The notes under the pieces are model-generated. The model saw only the letters and a list, made by a program, of their open reading frames with translations, had not been told where the DNA came from and searched no databases. DNA of 57,381 nucleotides from positions 1-57,381 of the forward strand of contig CAYUMN010000001.1 of the NCBI GenBank assembly GCA_964445835.1, read 5' to 3'. Made by a program: the position numbers and the translations under genes. Source of the stretch: an uncultured Gemmatimonas sp. (GTDB lineage Bacteria; Gemmatimonadota; Gemmatimonadetes; Gemmatimonadales; Gemmatimonadaceae). The first letter of the stretch is position 1; the number at the start of each line of letters is the position of its first letter. This document shows positions 36,610 to 46,976 of this stretch, in pieces.

Positions 36610-38336
36610 ACGCGCTCAAACAGTTCTTCGCCACCGCATTCGGCATTCTGCAGAAGATCGGCAAGTCGCTGATGTTGCCGGTGAGCGTCCTTCCTGCTGC
36701 CGGCATTCTCCTTGGGGTCGGAAGCGCGAAGTTCGCGGTGCTACCACCGCTGATGAGCAGTGTGATGGCGCAGGCGGGGGGTGCGATCTTCGGGAACCTG
36801 CCGTTGATCTTTGCGGTCAGTGTCGCGCTCGGGCTCACGGCAGGAGAAGGCTCCGCCGCGCTTGCCGGCGTTGTAGGGTTCGCCGTGCTCGTCGCGACCA
36901 TGGGCGTGATGGCGCCGGTGGTCGGGTACGAGCCGCAGCAGATCCTCGGCATGCCGAGCATCGAGACGGGAGTCTTTGGGGGGCTCGTGATCGGCGCGGT
37001 GGTGGGCTTTCTGCACCAGCGCTATTCGCGTACGCAACTTCCCGCCTGGCTCGGCTTCTTCTCTGGCTCGCGCCTGATTCCGATTCTCACCGCGTTCGCC
37101 GCGGTGCTGACGGGCATCGTGATGGCGTACATCTGGCCGCCGATCGGCGAGCAGATTGGTCGATTCTCGCACTGGGCGGCCGAAGGGTCGCCGGCAACGG
37201 CCTTTGGACTCTATGGCCTCGTGGAGCGAGCGCTGATTCCTTTCGGGCTGCACCACATCTGGAATGCCCCCTTCTTTTTCGAGGTGGGCTCGTATCTCGA
37301 TCCCGCGACAGGGAATGTGATCCGGGGAGAGATCTATCGATTCACCGCGGGGGATCCGACGGCGGGAAATCTTGCGGGGGGATACCTCTTCAAGATGTGG
37401 GGCCTTCCGGCGGCGGCCGTGGCGATCTGGCGGACGGCGCGCCCAGAGAACCGTGCCAAGGTCGGTGGCATCATGATCTCCGCGGCGATGACGTCGTTCC
37501 TGACGGGAATCACAGAGCCGATCGAGTTCTCGTTTCTCTTTGTTGCGCCCCTGCTGTACGGCATTCACGCGATCCTCGCCGGCGCCGCCTACGTGATCGC
37601 GATCAAGTTGGGTATCCATCACAGCACGACCTTCTCGCACGGGCTGATCGATTTTGTCGTGCTGTATCCCAACTCGCAGCGCGGGTGGTGGTTGCTCTGG
37701 TTGGGGCCGCTCTATGCGCTCCTCTACTTCGGCATCTTCCGCACGGTGATTCTTGCGCGCGACCTGAAGACCCCGGGGCGGGAAAGTGAGGACGCCCCGA
37801 GTGCGTTGGGCGCGACGGTTACGGGAGTGCGTGCGGGGATCGCGACGGCGGGGACATCCCTGGCCGCGAAGCTCGTTGCCGCCTTCGGCGGCGCGTCCAA
37901 TATCAAGAGTCTCGATGCGTGCATCACGCGGCTGCGCGTTGAGCTGCAGGATCTCTCCCGCGCGAACGTGAGTGCGCTCAAGGCGCTCGGCGCGACCGGG
38001 GTACTCACGGTGGGCACGGGAATGCAGGCCATCTTCGGCACGCGATCCGAAGGGTTGAAGAATGAAATGGCGGACTATATGCGGACCCTCCGCCCGGCCC
38101 CGACGCGTGAGGCGCTGCTCGGCGCCCTTGGTGGGGATGAGAACGTGGTGGCGGCGAGCGCCGTTGCGATGACACGGCTCCGCGTTCGGCTCCGGAGTGA
38201 CACCGCGGTGGATGACGCCGCGCTACTGCGCGCGGGTGCGGGCGGCGTGCAGCGGGTGGGCGACGGGATCGTGCACGTGATCGTGGGACCTGACGCTCCA
38301 CTCTGGGCGTCGGTGCTCGGTCGCTCCGGTCAGTGA
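36606..38336 (+). CDS. ptsG: PTS glucose-family permease EIIC-EIIB-EIIB'
   Basis: [67 protein letters not shown]; the second EIIB copy reads AVAMTRLRV, without the Cys. Confidence 0.88.
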   Translation: MNALKQFFATAFGILQKIGKSLMLPVSVLPAAGILLGVGSAKFAVLPPLMSSVMAQAGGAIFGNLPLIFAVSVALGLTAGEGSAALAGVVGFAVLVATMGVMAPVVGYEPQQILGMPSIETGVFGGLVIGAVVGFLHQRYSRTQLPAWLGFFSGSRLIPILTAFAAVLTGIVMAYIWPPIGEQIGRFSHWAAEGSPATAFGLYGLVERALIPFGLHHIWNAPFFFEVGSYLDPATGNVIRGEIYRFTAGDPTAGNLAGGYLFKMWGLPAAAVAIWRTARPENRAKVGGIMISAAMTSFLTGITEPIEFSFLFVAPLLYGIHAILAGAAYVIAIKLGIHHSTTFSHGLIDFVVLYPNSQRGWWLLWLGPLYALLYFGIFRTVILARDLKTPGRESEDAPSALGATVTGVRAGIATAGTSLAAKLVAAFGGASNIKSLDACITRLRVELQDLSRANVSALKALGATGVLTVGTGMQAIFGTRSEGLKNEMADYMRTLRPAPTREALLGALGGDENVVAASAVAMTRLRVRLRSDTAVDDAALLRAGAGGVQRVGDGIVHVIVGPDAPLWASVLGRSGQ

Positions 38337-41029
38337 GACTCGACTCCGGAGGACGCGTGTGTCGGCAACGCCGGTACTTGGCGTTCGCGCTCTCCTCCCT
38401 GAGTGTATTCGCGAGCGACGTGGCGGCCCAGCGGCCCCTCTTCACCTCGCCGCAGTACGAGATCACGACGACTGGGGTGCGGCAGGGTCGATTCGAGGCG
38501 CTGGCGCTCGGGCGTGACACCATTGTCTCCACGTATCCGCGCGCCGCGCGCGAGATACACTTCAAGTTCGCGATCAACGGCCGAGACAATGAGTTCCCGT
38601 CAGGCATCGAGCAGATGATTAATCTGCGGCCCCGCGATGGCGCGATCGTGACGCCCGTCTTCGTGTTCGGGCTCGAGCCTCGCGCGCAACTACCACGGCC
38701 GGAGGACGCGGGCGAAGGCGAGAGTGGCGATGCGCGAGTGACTATCCGACTCGACCTGCGGCACGTGAAGCGGGCACTCGCGCAGCGCGGCTGGTATAAG
38801 CCGCCGCAGGGCGACACCATCCGCTCGCTCACCAGAGTGACCGTGATCGGCGACACCGATCCTCTCCAGTGGGACGTCAACGCCATCCCGGTGGGCGGGC
38901 CACAGGATCTCACGGATCGCGATGGCGATGGTATCTATGAGGTCGCGTTGCCGTTCCGGACCGAGTATTTGCGCGCGATCGATGCCGGCGGGCGTGCGAT
39001 CTGGGCGCGCTCCCGTGACCTTACGAGCTTCCCTGAACTTCGGTCGTCGTCCCCCCTGCTCGACGCGTTGTATCGCCTCTCGCTCGAGGAGCTCACGCAA
39101 CTGGTGCGCGATGACGGGGCCCTGTCGGCAGGCGCCAAGTGGCCCGGTGTGTGGACGCGCGATGTCGCACTGAGCTCGCTGCTCGCGTTGGCCATCATCG
39201 TCCCCGATGCAGTGCGCACGAGCCTGATGAAGAAGGTGGACGCGCAGGGGCGCATCATTCAGGACACTGGGACTGGTGGCTCGTGGCCCATCTCCACCGA
39301 CCGCATGACGTGGGCGCTTGCCGCGTGGGAGGTGTACGCGGTCACCGGCGACAGCACGTGGCTCCGTACGTCGTACGATATCATCAAGAGGTCGGCCGAG
39401 GCGGATGCGCATGCGGCGCTTGATCCCGCCACGGGGCTCTTTCGCGGTGAGTCGAGCTTTCTCGACTGGCGCGAGCAGAGCTATCCGCGGTGGATGCAGC
39501 CGGCGGACATCTATCAGTCGCAGGCCCTGGGCACGAATGCGGTGCACTATGGCGCGTATCGGATCCTCTACGCGATGGGGACGGAGCTCGGGGCCCCCGC
39601 TGCCGAACTGAACTCGTGGCAAACGCGGGCGGCGGGAGTCCGCACGGGGCTCGCCAGCGAGCTCTGGATCGGCAGCCAGAATCGTCATGCACAGTTCACC
39701 TATGGACGCGTCTCGCTCGCCCGTTCACCGCGGTACGAGGCACTCGGCGAGGCCCTCGCCGCGCTGACCGGTGCGGCCACGCCCGAGCACGCGGCACTGG
39801 CATCGGCGGCGGCCCCGCGCGTGCCGTTCGGTACCCCGACCTTCTGGCCCTTTATTGCCGGCGTGCCGTTCTATCACAACGCGACCATCTGGCCCTTCGT
39901 GACCGCGTATGACACCTGGGCCGCGGCCGAGGCACGCTCCATGGGCCCGGTGGAGCGAGGACTCGCCTCGATCACGCGCGGCACGGCGTTGTTCCTGACG
40001 AACAAGGAGAATCTGGTCGCCGCGACAGGGCACTTCGAAGGAACGGCGCTGAATTCGGATCGCCAGTTGTGGAGCGTTGCTGGCGCGCTGGCGATGCAAT
40101 ACCGCGTGCTGTTCGGCATGCGTTTCGAGCAGCAGGGTCTACGCTTCGCGCCCGTGGTGCCGGAGTCGTACGCGGGGGAGCGTGAGCTACGTGGGCTCAA
40201 GTATCGTGGTGCGACGCTCACGGTGCGGGTGCGCGGCTGGGGGGCGTGTGCTACTCCTACCGCGACGCTTGATGGAGTGTCGTTGCCGAACGCCGTGGTG
40301 CCCACGACGCTGACGGGGAGCCATGTGGTCGAACTGACGCTGGGGGACTCGTGCCATGTCATGAGTACTCCACCAACGCTCGTCGCAACGCGTTCGGCGC
40401 CGGCTACGCCGATCGCGACCGTGCAGGGCGAGGGGATGCACCGTGTCGTACGGTGGGATGCGGTCCCGGGCGCGGCCCGGTATGTCGTGCATCGCAATGG
40501 ACGTCCTGTCGACACGCTCCCCGTGCTCGCCACTCCGGTGGTCGCGTACGACTCGCTTGCGGAGTATCAGGTGGAGGCGATCGACGAGGGTAACACCGGG
40601 TCGTTTCTGAGCGAGCCGCTTCGGGTCATCAGTTGGCTGGGGACGCAGGAGTTCAGCCCCCGCGGGGGACAGGCGGCGCTCGATCGTGGCAGCGCCCCGG
40701 TGACCTTTCGGGTCCGCATCGCGAGTGCCGGGCGGTACGCCGTCGACGCGCTCTACGCCAATGGCAGTGGTCCCATCAACACTGAAGACAAAGCCGCAAT
40801 GCGCACACTGGACATCGATGGTCGCGAGTCCGGCGTGCTGGTGATGCCGCAGCGCGGTGCCGGGTCGTGGGACGTGCGTGGGTACACCAACAGCGTCGTC
40901 CTCTCGCTCTCCGCGGGTGAACACACCTTCACCATCCGCTGGGATGCGCTCGATGAGAACATGAATGGTGCAGTCAGCAAGGCCATTCTCCACCAACTCC
41001 GCGTCACGCGGCTCTCCAACGGGCATTGA
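38333..41029 (+). CDS. Six-hairpin (alpha/alpha)6 glycoside hydrolase, amylo-alpha-1,6-glucosidase/MGH1-like, with accessory beta-sandwich domains
   Basis: [50 protein letters not shown]; signal-like segment ending VAAQ. GH family and exact start uncertain. Confidence 0.72.
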   Translation: MRLDSGGRVCRQRRYLAFALSSLSVFASDVAAQRPLFTSPQYEITTTGVRQGRFEALALGRDTIVSTYPRAAREIHFKFAINGRDNEFPSGIEQMINLRPRDGAIVTPVFVFGLEPRAQLPRPEDAGEGESGDARVTIRLDLRHVKRALAQRGWYKPPQGDTIRSLTRVTVIGDTDPLQWDVNAIPVGGPQDLTDRDGDGIYEVALPFRTEYLRAIDAGGRAIWARSRDLTSFPELRSSSPLLDALYRLSLEELTQLVRDDGALSAGAKWPGVWTRDVALSSLLALAIIVPDAVRTSLMKKVDAQGRIIQDTGTGGSWPISTDRMTWALAAWEVYAVTGDSTWLRTSYDIIKRSAEADAHAALDPATGLFRGESSFLDWREQSYPRWMQPADIYQSQALGTNAVHYGAYRILYAMGTELGAPAAELNSWQTRAAGVRTGLASELWIGSQNRHAQFTYGRVSLARSPRYEALGEALAALTGAATPEHAALASAAAPRVPFGTPTFWPFIAGVPFYHNATIWPFVTAYDTWAAAEARSMGPVERGLASITRGTALFLTNKENLVAATGHFEGTALNSDRQLWSVAGALAMQYRVLFGMRFEQQGLRFAPVVPESYAGERELRGLKYRGATLTVRVRGWGACATPTATLDGVSLPNAVVPTTLTGSHVVELTLGDSCHVMSTPPTLVATRSAPATPIATVQGEGMHRVVRWDAVPGAARYVVHRNGRPVDTLPVLATPVVAYDSLAEYQVEAIDEGNTGSFLSEPLRVISWLGTQEFSPRGGQAALDRGSAPVTFRVRIASAGRYAVDALYANGSGPINTEDKAAMRTLDIDGRESGVLVMPQRGAGSWDVRGYTNSVVLSLSAGEHTFTIRWDALDENMNGAVSKAILHQLRVTRLSNGH

Positions 41030-41043
41030 GCTCCGAGGTTCGT

Positions 41044-42951
41044 ATGCGACGTGTCGTTCCGCTTTCGCTCGCCATGGCGCTTCCTGCGGTTCTCGCCTCA
41101 ATGCTCGCTGTTGTGCTCGCTGTTGTGCTTGCTGTTGTGCTCGCTTTTGGGCTCGTTGCTCATCCGCTGCTGGCGCAGGGGCCCACGGTGACGAAAGTGG
41201 AGCCCCCCAATTGGTGGGTCGGGCACTCGGTGAATCCCGTGCGCCTCTTGGTGCGCGGCACCGCCCTCGCAGGCGCTAGGGTGACGTGCGGTGCGTTGCG
41301 GTGCGGTGGTGTGCGCATCAGTACGGCTGGCACGAATCTCTTCGTGGATGTCATGGTCCCGCCGGGCACACGCGCTGGCACGTACCCGATCACGCTACGG
41401 ACGAGCGCCGGAAGCGTTGCCTTCGACTTCGCCGTCCACGCGCCGCTGGCACGGACGGGGCGATTCCAAGGCGTCGGGGCGAGCGACGTGATGTATCTGA
41501 TCATGCCGGACCGCTTCGCCAATGGTGATTCCGCCAACGATAATCCGGCGCGCTCACCCGGCTTGCACCGCCGCGACGATCCTCGCCACTATCACGGCGG
41601 TGACATCGAGGGGGTCCGCCAGCGGCTCCCCTATTTGAAAGAACTCGGCATCACGACCGTCTGGCTGATGCCGATCTACGACAACGTGGACTCCATTGCG
41701 CACCGGCGACCCGAGTCGTGGGCGCCGAATGGGTTCACCGACTATCACGGCTATGGTGCCGTCGATCTCTACGCGGTCGAAGAGCACTTCGGAGATCTCG
41801 CCGCGTATCGGCAACTTGTGGACGACGCGCACCGACTCGGCATGAAGGTCGTGATGGACATGGTGGCGAATCACACCGGGCCGGAACATGTGTGGGCGCA
41901 GGATCCCCCGACGCCCACCTGGTACAGCGGCACGCTGGCGCAGCACCTGCCAAACAATTGGCGGATGAACGACCTCGCCGATCCGTACGCCGCACCGGCC
42001 GTGCGAGACTCGACCCTCGCTGGCTGGTTCGCGAATATCCTCCCCGATTTCAACCAAGCGGACCCGGAGGTCGAGCGATATCTGATTCAGAACACGCTCT
42101 GGTGGGTCGCCGCCACCGGCATTGACGGCATTCGCCAGGACACCTGGCCCTACGTGCCTCGCTCCTTCTGGCGCCCCTGGATGGCTGCCATCAAGCGCGA
42201 GTATCCCACGATGACCGTTGTGGGTGAGGTGCTGAGCGAGGATGCGACTGTCGTGTCGTTCTTTGAGGGCACGAAGACCAACTTCGACGGCATCCGCACT
42301 GGCATCGATCAGGTCTTCGACTTCCCGTTGCAGGCCGCCATGCGCCGGAGCTTCTTGCAGGGCGGATCGGTGCGCGAGGTCGCGCAGACGCTCGCGCGCG
42401 ACCGGCTGTACGATCACCCCGAGCGACTCGTCACGGTCACCGACAATCACGACATGTCGCGACTCCCGTGGAACGCGCCGGCGGGCGATGCCGGGCTGCT
42501 CCTCGCGTACACGGCGCAGTTCACGATGCGCGGTATCCCGCAGCTCTACTACGGCAACGAGATCGGGATGGACGGCGGCAACGACCCGGACAATCGCCGT
42601 GACTTTCCTGGCGGCTGGCGGGGGGACCCGCGCAACGCGTTCGAGGCCAGCGGTCGCGAGCCACGTGAGCAGCGCATCTTCACGCATGTACAGTCCCTGC
42701 TCGCGTTGCGACGTGCGCGGCCCGAACTCCGCGATGTGCCCACCGAGCACCTCCTCGTGGAGGAGCAGCAGTACGTGTATCGGCGCGGCACGACCGTTGT
42801 GGTCATCAACAACGCACAGACCCCAACGACCGTGAGGGTGCCGGGGCTGCGGGTCACGTCAGCGGCGGTGATCGGCGGATGCGGTGCGCCGACAATCGAC
42901 GGCAACGTGACTGTGATTGAGCTCCCGCCGCGGACGGCGTGCGTGTACTGA
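41044..42951 (+). CDS. GH13 cyclomaltodextrinase/neopullulanase (SusA-like), secreted
   Basis: KVEPPNWWVG, YLIMPDRFANGD, DMVANH, DGIRQDTWPY, VGEV, DNHD; LAVV repeats in the signal peptide. Alternative TTG start at 41026. Confidence 0.92.
   Translation: MRRVVPLSLAMALPAVLASMLAVVLAVVLAVVLAFGLVAHPLLAQGPTVTKVEPPNWWVGHSVNPVRLLVRGTALAGARVTCGALRCGGVRISTAGTNLFVDVMVPPGTRAGTYPITLRTSAGSVAFDFAVHAPLARTGRFQGVGASDVMYLIMPDRFANGDSANDNPARSPGLHRRDDPRHYHGGDIEGVRQRLPYLKELGITTVWLMPIYDNVDSIAHRRPESWAPNGFTDYHGYGAVDLYAVEEHFGDLAAYRQLVDDAHRLGMKVVMDMVANHTGPEHVWAQDPPTPTWYSGTLAQHLPNNWRMNDLADPYAAPAVRDSTLAGWFANILPDFNQADPEVERYLIQNTLWWVAATGIDGIRQDTWPYVPRSFWRPWMAAIKREYPTMTVVGEVLSEDATVVSFFEGTKTNFDGIRTGIDQVFDFPLQAAMRRSFLQGGSVREVAQTLARDRLYDHPERLVTVTDNHDMSRLPWNAPAGDAGLLLAYTAQFTMRGIPQLYYGNEIGMDGGNDPDNRRDFPGGWRGDPRNAFEASGREPREQRIFTHVQSLLALRRARPELRDVPTEHLLVEEQQYVYRRGTTVVVINNAQTPTTVRVPGLRVTSAAVIGGCGAPTIDGNVTVIELPPRTACVY
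41104..41139. repeat. 12-bp tandem repeat (CTYGCTGTTGTG)x3 in signal-peptide coding region
   Basis: Read directly; encodes LAVV x3. Confidence 0.9.
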
Positions 42952-42965
42952 GGGGCGCGAGGACC

Positions 42966-45644
42966 TCAGCGCCCCAACAGGAAGATCAACGCCTCGTCAA
43001 TGCGCACACGCCAGGACCGCTCGTTGTGCTCTCCCCCCTCGAACACCCGTGTCCGAAAGTTCACTTCGTCGCGGTACCCTCGCGCCCGGAATAACGAGTC
43101 CGCACGAGGCTGATAGGGCGCGTAGGTGGAGTCGAGCGTGGCGGTCCCACGATCCATGTAGATCCGATGCGTTGCCGGATCGGGCATATGCCCCGCGAGA
43201 TAGTCGATCAGCGCCCCATCGCCGGCGGGGAAATGCGTGGAAATGGCACCCACGGCGCCATAGACGTTGGGGTACTCGGCCGCCGCGTAGAGCGAGGCGA
43301 TGCCGCCCATGCTCGAACCCATGATGAACGTGTCGGAACGTCCGCGACGCGTGCGGTAGGTGCGATCGATGTAAGGCTTCAGCTCTTCCACAAAGAAGCG
43401 CGCGTAGGCGTCGCCGAGGAGCGGTCCGCGCGCCGCCTCCCGAACGATTCCCAACGAGAACACCGTATCACCCGCGGGGACCGCCTTCTGCGCCATCAGC
43501 TCTTGGGGCCGACGGGACGTGGTCCAGACCGCCACCACAATGGCGGGCCTGATCTTTCGCTCGGCGATCAGACGCGTCATCCACTCATCGATGCCCCAGT
43601 CCACGCCGCCATAGCTCGTGGCCGGATCAAAGACGTTCTGCCCGTCGTGCATGTATAGGACCGGATACCGCACGGTGTCGCGTCCGTAGCCAGGTGGGAG
43701 CCAGATCTCCACCTGCCGCGCGGCGACCTGCTGCGACGGGAACGAGGGAATGACCACGCGCCTGCCGCTCACGCCGAGGGCCGGGCCAGGAACCTCGACG
43801 GATTCGACCGGGAAGATGCAGCCAGTGCGCGCGGGAATCCGTACGGCGACCACAGCACCCTGCGCCTCGGGCCTTCCGCACAGCGCGAGGAGGTCGACGC
43901 CGAGCAGTCCGATCGGCACCCGCGCCGTGATCGCGACCGTATCGTTGTTCAAGGCCACGAGCGTGTTCCCACGTCGGTACACCCACAGTTGCGAACCCAC
44001 GACCAGGTTCTGTGTCGGCGCGCTCCGCAGGTCGGGGCGCGCCGCACGGATGCGCAACAGTGTCTGCACGTGACTCCAGAGGGCCTGTTGCTCCGCTGTT
44101 CTTCCTGATTGCTCGAAGGCATTACGCGCGTCGCCGGAGAAGCCCCCAGGAAAATCGCGGCGATTCTGCGGGTCGCTTCCCCCTTGCAGTCCGATCTCAT
44201 CGCCGTAGTAGATGAGCGGTGCGCCGCGCGTCGTCAACTGAAAGGTGTATCCGAGCTTGAGGCCGTCGAGTGTCGCACGCGGATTGCCCATGAAGCGATC
44301 CACATCGTGCAGCCCCAAGAAAGTCACCAAGGAATTCGGTGCCTTGTACAACCGGTCGCGCGCCAGCGCCTCGGGCAAGGCCCGAATCGACTGCCCTTCG
44401 GCGAAGACGCTCCGCGAAGGGAAGAAGAGCGGGAAGTCGAACAGCGCATCCACGCCGGCATCGATCCCGTCCCACTGCGTCACGCCTCCTTGGTGGAAGG
44501 CGAGAATCGACGCATCACCATCGAACACTTCCCCGACCACGCGCAGGGTCGGGAACTCCCGCTTGATTGCCGCCATCCAGGGCTTCCAGAAGCTACGAGG
44601 CACGTACGGCCAGGTATCCTGGCGAATGCCGTCCATCCCCGTCATCGCCACCCACCAGATGGTGTTCTGGATGATGTAGCGCGCGACTTCGGGATCGTCC
44701 TGATTCAAGTCCGGCAAGATGTCGATGAACCAGCCGTCCATCGTCCCCTGCTTCACGGAGGGCGCCGAGTAGGGGTCAGCGATGGACCAGGTCTGCCAAG
44801 GATTGTTCGGATGCTGCGCCGCCGTGCCGTGGAACCAGGTCGGGGTCGGAGGATCGTTCACCCACGGGTGATACGGCCCCGTATGATTCGCGACCATATC
44901 TGCAACGATCTTGATACCGATCGCGTGCGCTTCATCGACCAGCGCGCGGAAGTCGGCGAGGGTGCCGAAGTGTTCTTCGACCCCATAGAAATCGGTCGCA
45001 CCATAGCCGTGATAGTCGGCCATCGGCTGCCCCTCCGGCGTCTCCTTGTGATTCAGCCCGTTGTTGTTGTCGTAAATAGGATTCAGCCAGATGGTCGTGA
45101 TGCCAAGCGACTTCAGGTAGGGGAGTCGCTGCCGGATCCCCGCGATGTCGCCGCCGTGGTAGTAGCGTGGCTTGTTGCGGTCCACGAGTCCGCGTGAGAC
45201 GGCCGGATCATCGTTGGAGGGATCGCCGTTGGCGAAGCGATCCGGCATCAACAGATACCAGACATCGTGCTCGTTGAATCCCTGAAAGCGTCCCGTGCGC
45301 GCCAGAGGCCGCGTGATCTCGAAGGTGGCGTCGGCAGATCCGCCACTCGTACGCACGGTCAGGGGATGACGGCCGGTAGTCGCGGTCGCCGGAATGTGCA
45401 CGTCGGCGAACACATAGGTGCCCGCCGCATTCACCGAGACATTCGTGCACCGCAGGCGCGGGCAGTCGAGCTGCGCACCGGTGAGGTGTTTGCCACGAAT
45501 CATCACGCGGACCGGATTCACCGTCGCGTTCGTCCACCAACTCGGCGGGTCAACCTTCTCCACCACGGGAACCTGTGCGGCGAGCGGTCCGCCGAGGCCG
45601 AAGAGGAGAACAACGCGGAGCATTCGCAGCGCAGGGCGGAGCAT
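42966..45644 (-). CDS. GH13 cyclomaltodextrinase (SusA-like) fused to a C-terminal alpha/beta-hydrolase esterase
   Basis: GH13: KVDPPSWW, LMPDRFANGD, DGIRQDTWPY, GLHD. Esterase: IWLPPGY, YPVLYMHDGQNVFD, GSSMGG, EHNERSW. Confidence 0.9.
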   Translation of the reverse strand: MLRPALRMLRVVLLFGLGGPLAAQVPVVEKVDPPSWWTNATVNPVRVMIRGKHLTGAQLDCPRLRCTNVSVNAAGTYVFADVHIPATATTGRHPLTVRTSGGSADATFEITRPLARTGRFQGFNEHDVWYLLMPDRFANGDPSNDDPAVSRGLVDRNKPRYYHGGDIAGIRQRLPYLKSLGITTIWLNPIYDNNNGLNHKETPEGQPMADYHGYGATDFYGVEEHFGTLADFRALVDEAHAIGIKIVADMVANHTGPYHPWVNDPPTPTWFHGTAAQHPNNPWQTWSIADPYSAPSVKQGTMDGWFIDILPDLNQDDPEVARYIIQNTIWWVAMTGMDGIRQDTWPYVPRSFWKPWMAAIKREFPTLRVVGEVFDGDASILAFHQGGVTQWDGIDAGVDALFDFPLFFPSRSVFAEGQSIRALPEALARDRLYKAPNSLVTFLGLHDVDRFMGNPRATLDGLKLGYTFQLTTRGAPLIYYGDEIGLQGGSDPQNRRDFPGGFSGDARNAFEQSGRTAEQQALWSHVQTLLRIRAARPDLRSAPTQNLVVGSQLWVYRRGNTLVALNNDTVAITARVPIGLLGVDLLALCGRPEAQGAVVAVRIPARTGCIFPVESVEVPGPALGVSGRRVVIPSFPSQQVAARQVEIWLPPGYGRDTVRYPVLYMHDGQNVFDPATSYGGVDWGIDEWMTRLIAERKIRPAIVVAVWTTSRRPQELMAQKAVPAGDTVFSLGIVREAARGPLLGDAYARFFVEELKPYIDRTYRTRRGRSDTFIMGSSMGGIASLYAAAEYPNVYGAVGAISTHFPAGDGALIDYLAGHMPDPATHRIYMDRGTATLDSTYAPYQPRADSLFRARGYRDEVNFRTRVFEGGEHNERSWRVRIDEALIFLLGR

Positions 45645-46972
45645 CAGGCGTTCCCCTCTGAGTCGTCGGTCACGCGCGTGACGAGCAAGGCGGCAACAGC
45701 CATTGAGATTCCGCCAGCCGTCACCGCCGCCATGCGGTCGTTGTTGAGGAAGGTGTTCATCACCCAGCCGAAGCCAAGCGCGGCGACGATCTCCGGAATC
45801 ACAATGAAGAAGTTGAAGATGCCCATATAGATGCCAGTCTTTCCCTCAGGGATAGCGCCGGCGAGAATTGAATAGGGCATTGAGATCGTGCTGGCCCACG
45901 CAATGCCGACGCCGATCATCGAGAGCATCAGCATGTTCGGATCGGTGATGAACCGCACCGAGATCAGCCCGGCCGCGCCCGCGAGGAGGCAGAGACCATG
46001 CGTTCCTTTGCGGCTCGCACGCTTGGCGATCGGCGGCAGGAAGTGTGCGAAGAGGAAGGTGACGAGCGAGTAGGCGCCGAAGCAGAGCCCGGCCCATTCA
46101 ATGCCCTGCTGGTAGCGCGGGTCACTCGAGTCCGCCGCGCCGAAGATATCGGTCGCCACAGCAGTGCCGAAGTAGAGCCACATGCAGAAGAGGCCCAGCC
46201 AGGTGAAGATCTGCACCCAAGCCAACTGTCGCATGGTTGGCGGCATATGCGTGATGGCGTGGAGGATCTCCTTGGCCACATTGCCGACGCCTGCGCCGGC
46301 CTTCTTCTTGGCGAGGAATGCCGCCATGTCCGCTGGGGGCTTTTCCGGCGTTGTGAGGATGGTGTAGAGCACCGCACCGAAGAAGGCCGCCGCACCGACG
46401 TAGAACGACAGCTTCACCGTGAGCGGGATGCCTCCTTCGCCGGATCCGACGACGCCGAACCAGTTCGTCATCATCCAAGGCATCGCCGAGGCGATCACGG
46501 CACCGAAGCCGATGAAGAACGACTGCATCGCGAAGCCGCGCGTCCGTTCCTTGGGCGGCAGGAGATCGCTCACGAAGGCGCGGAACGGCTCCATCGAGAT
46601 ATTGATGGACGCATCGAGGATCCAGAGTAGTCCCGCCGCCATCCAGAGCGTGCTCGAGTTTGGCATCGCGATCAGCGCGAGCGAACTGAGAATCGCGCCG
46701 ATCAGGAAGAAGGGACGGCGCCGCCCCAGCCGAGGATGCCAGGTGTTGTCGCTGAGGTGGCCGATGATCGGCTGCACCAGCAAGCCCGTGAGCGGCGCGG
46801 CGAGCCAGAGCATCGGGATCTCGTCCGGCTTGGCGCCGAGATACTCGTAGATCGCGCTCATGTTCGCCATCTGAAGTCCCCAGCCGAACTGGATCCCCAG
46901 AAAGCCGAAGCTCATGTTCCAAATGGTCGAGAGCTTCGTGGGCGCGTCGGAATTCTTAGCTACTGTAGGCAT
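45644..46972 (-). CDS. MFS maltose/sucrose-type (SLC45/GPH-like) sugar transporter
   Basis: [62 protein letters not shown]; TGATG overlap with the next gene. Confidence 0.92.
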   Translation of the reverse strand: MPTVAKNSDAPTKLSTIWNMSFGFLGIQFGWGLQMANMSAIYEYLGAKPDEIPMLWLAAPLTGLLVQPIIGHLSDNTWHPRLGRRRPFFLIGAILSSLALIAMPNSSTLWMAAGLLWILDASINISMEPFRAFVSDLLPPKERTRGFAMQSFFIGFGAVIASAMPWMMTNWFGVVGSGEGGIPLTVKLSFYVGAAAFFGAVLYTILTTPEKPPADMAAFLAKKKAGAGVGNVAKEILHAITHMPPTMRQLAWVQIFTWLGLFCMWLYFGTAVATDIFGAADSSDPRYQQGIEWAGLCFGAYSLVTFLFAHFLPPIAKRASRKGTHGLCLLAGAAGLISVRFITDPNMLMLSMIGVGIAWASTISMPYSILAGAIPEGKTGIYMGIFNFFIVIPEIVAALGFGWVMNTFLNNDRMAAVTAGGISMAVAALLVTRVTDDSEGNA

Positions 46973-46976
46973 CGGC

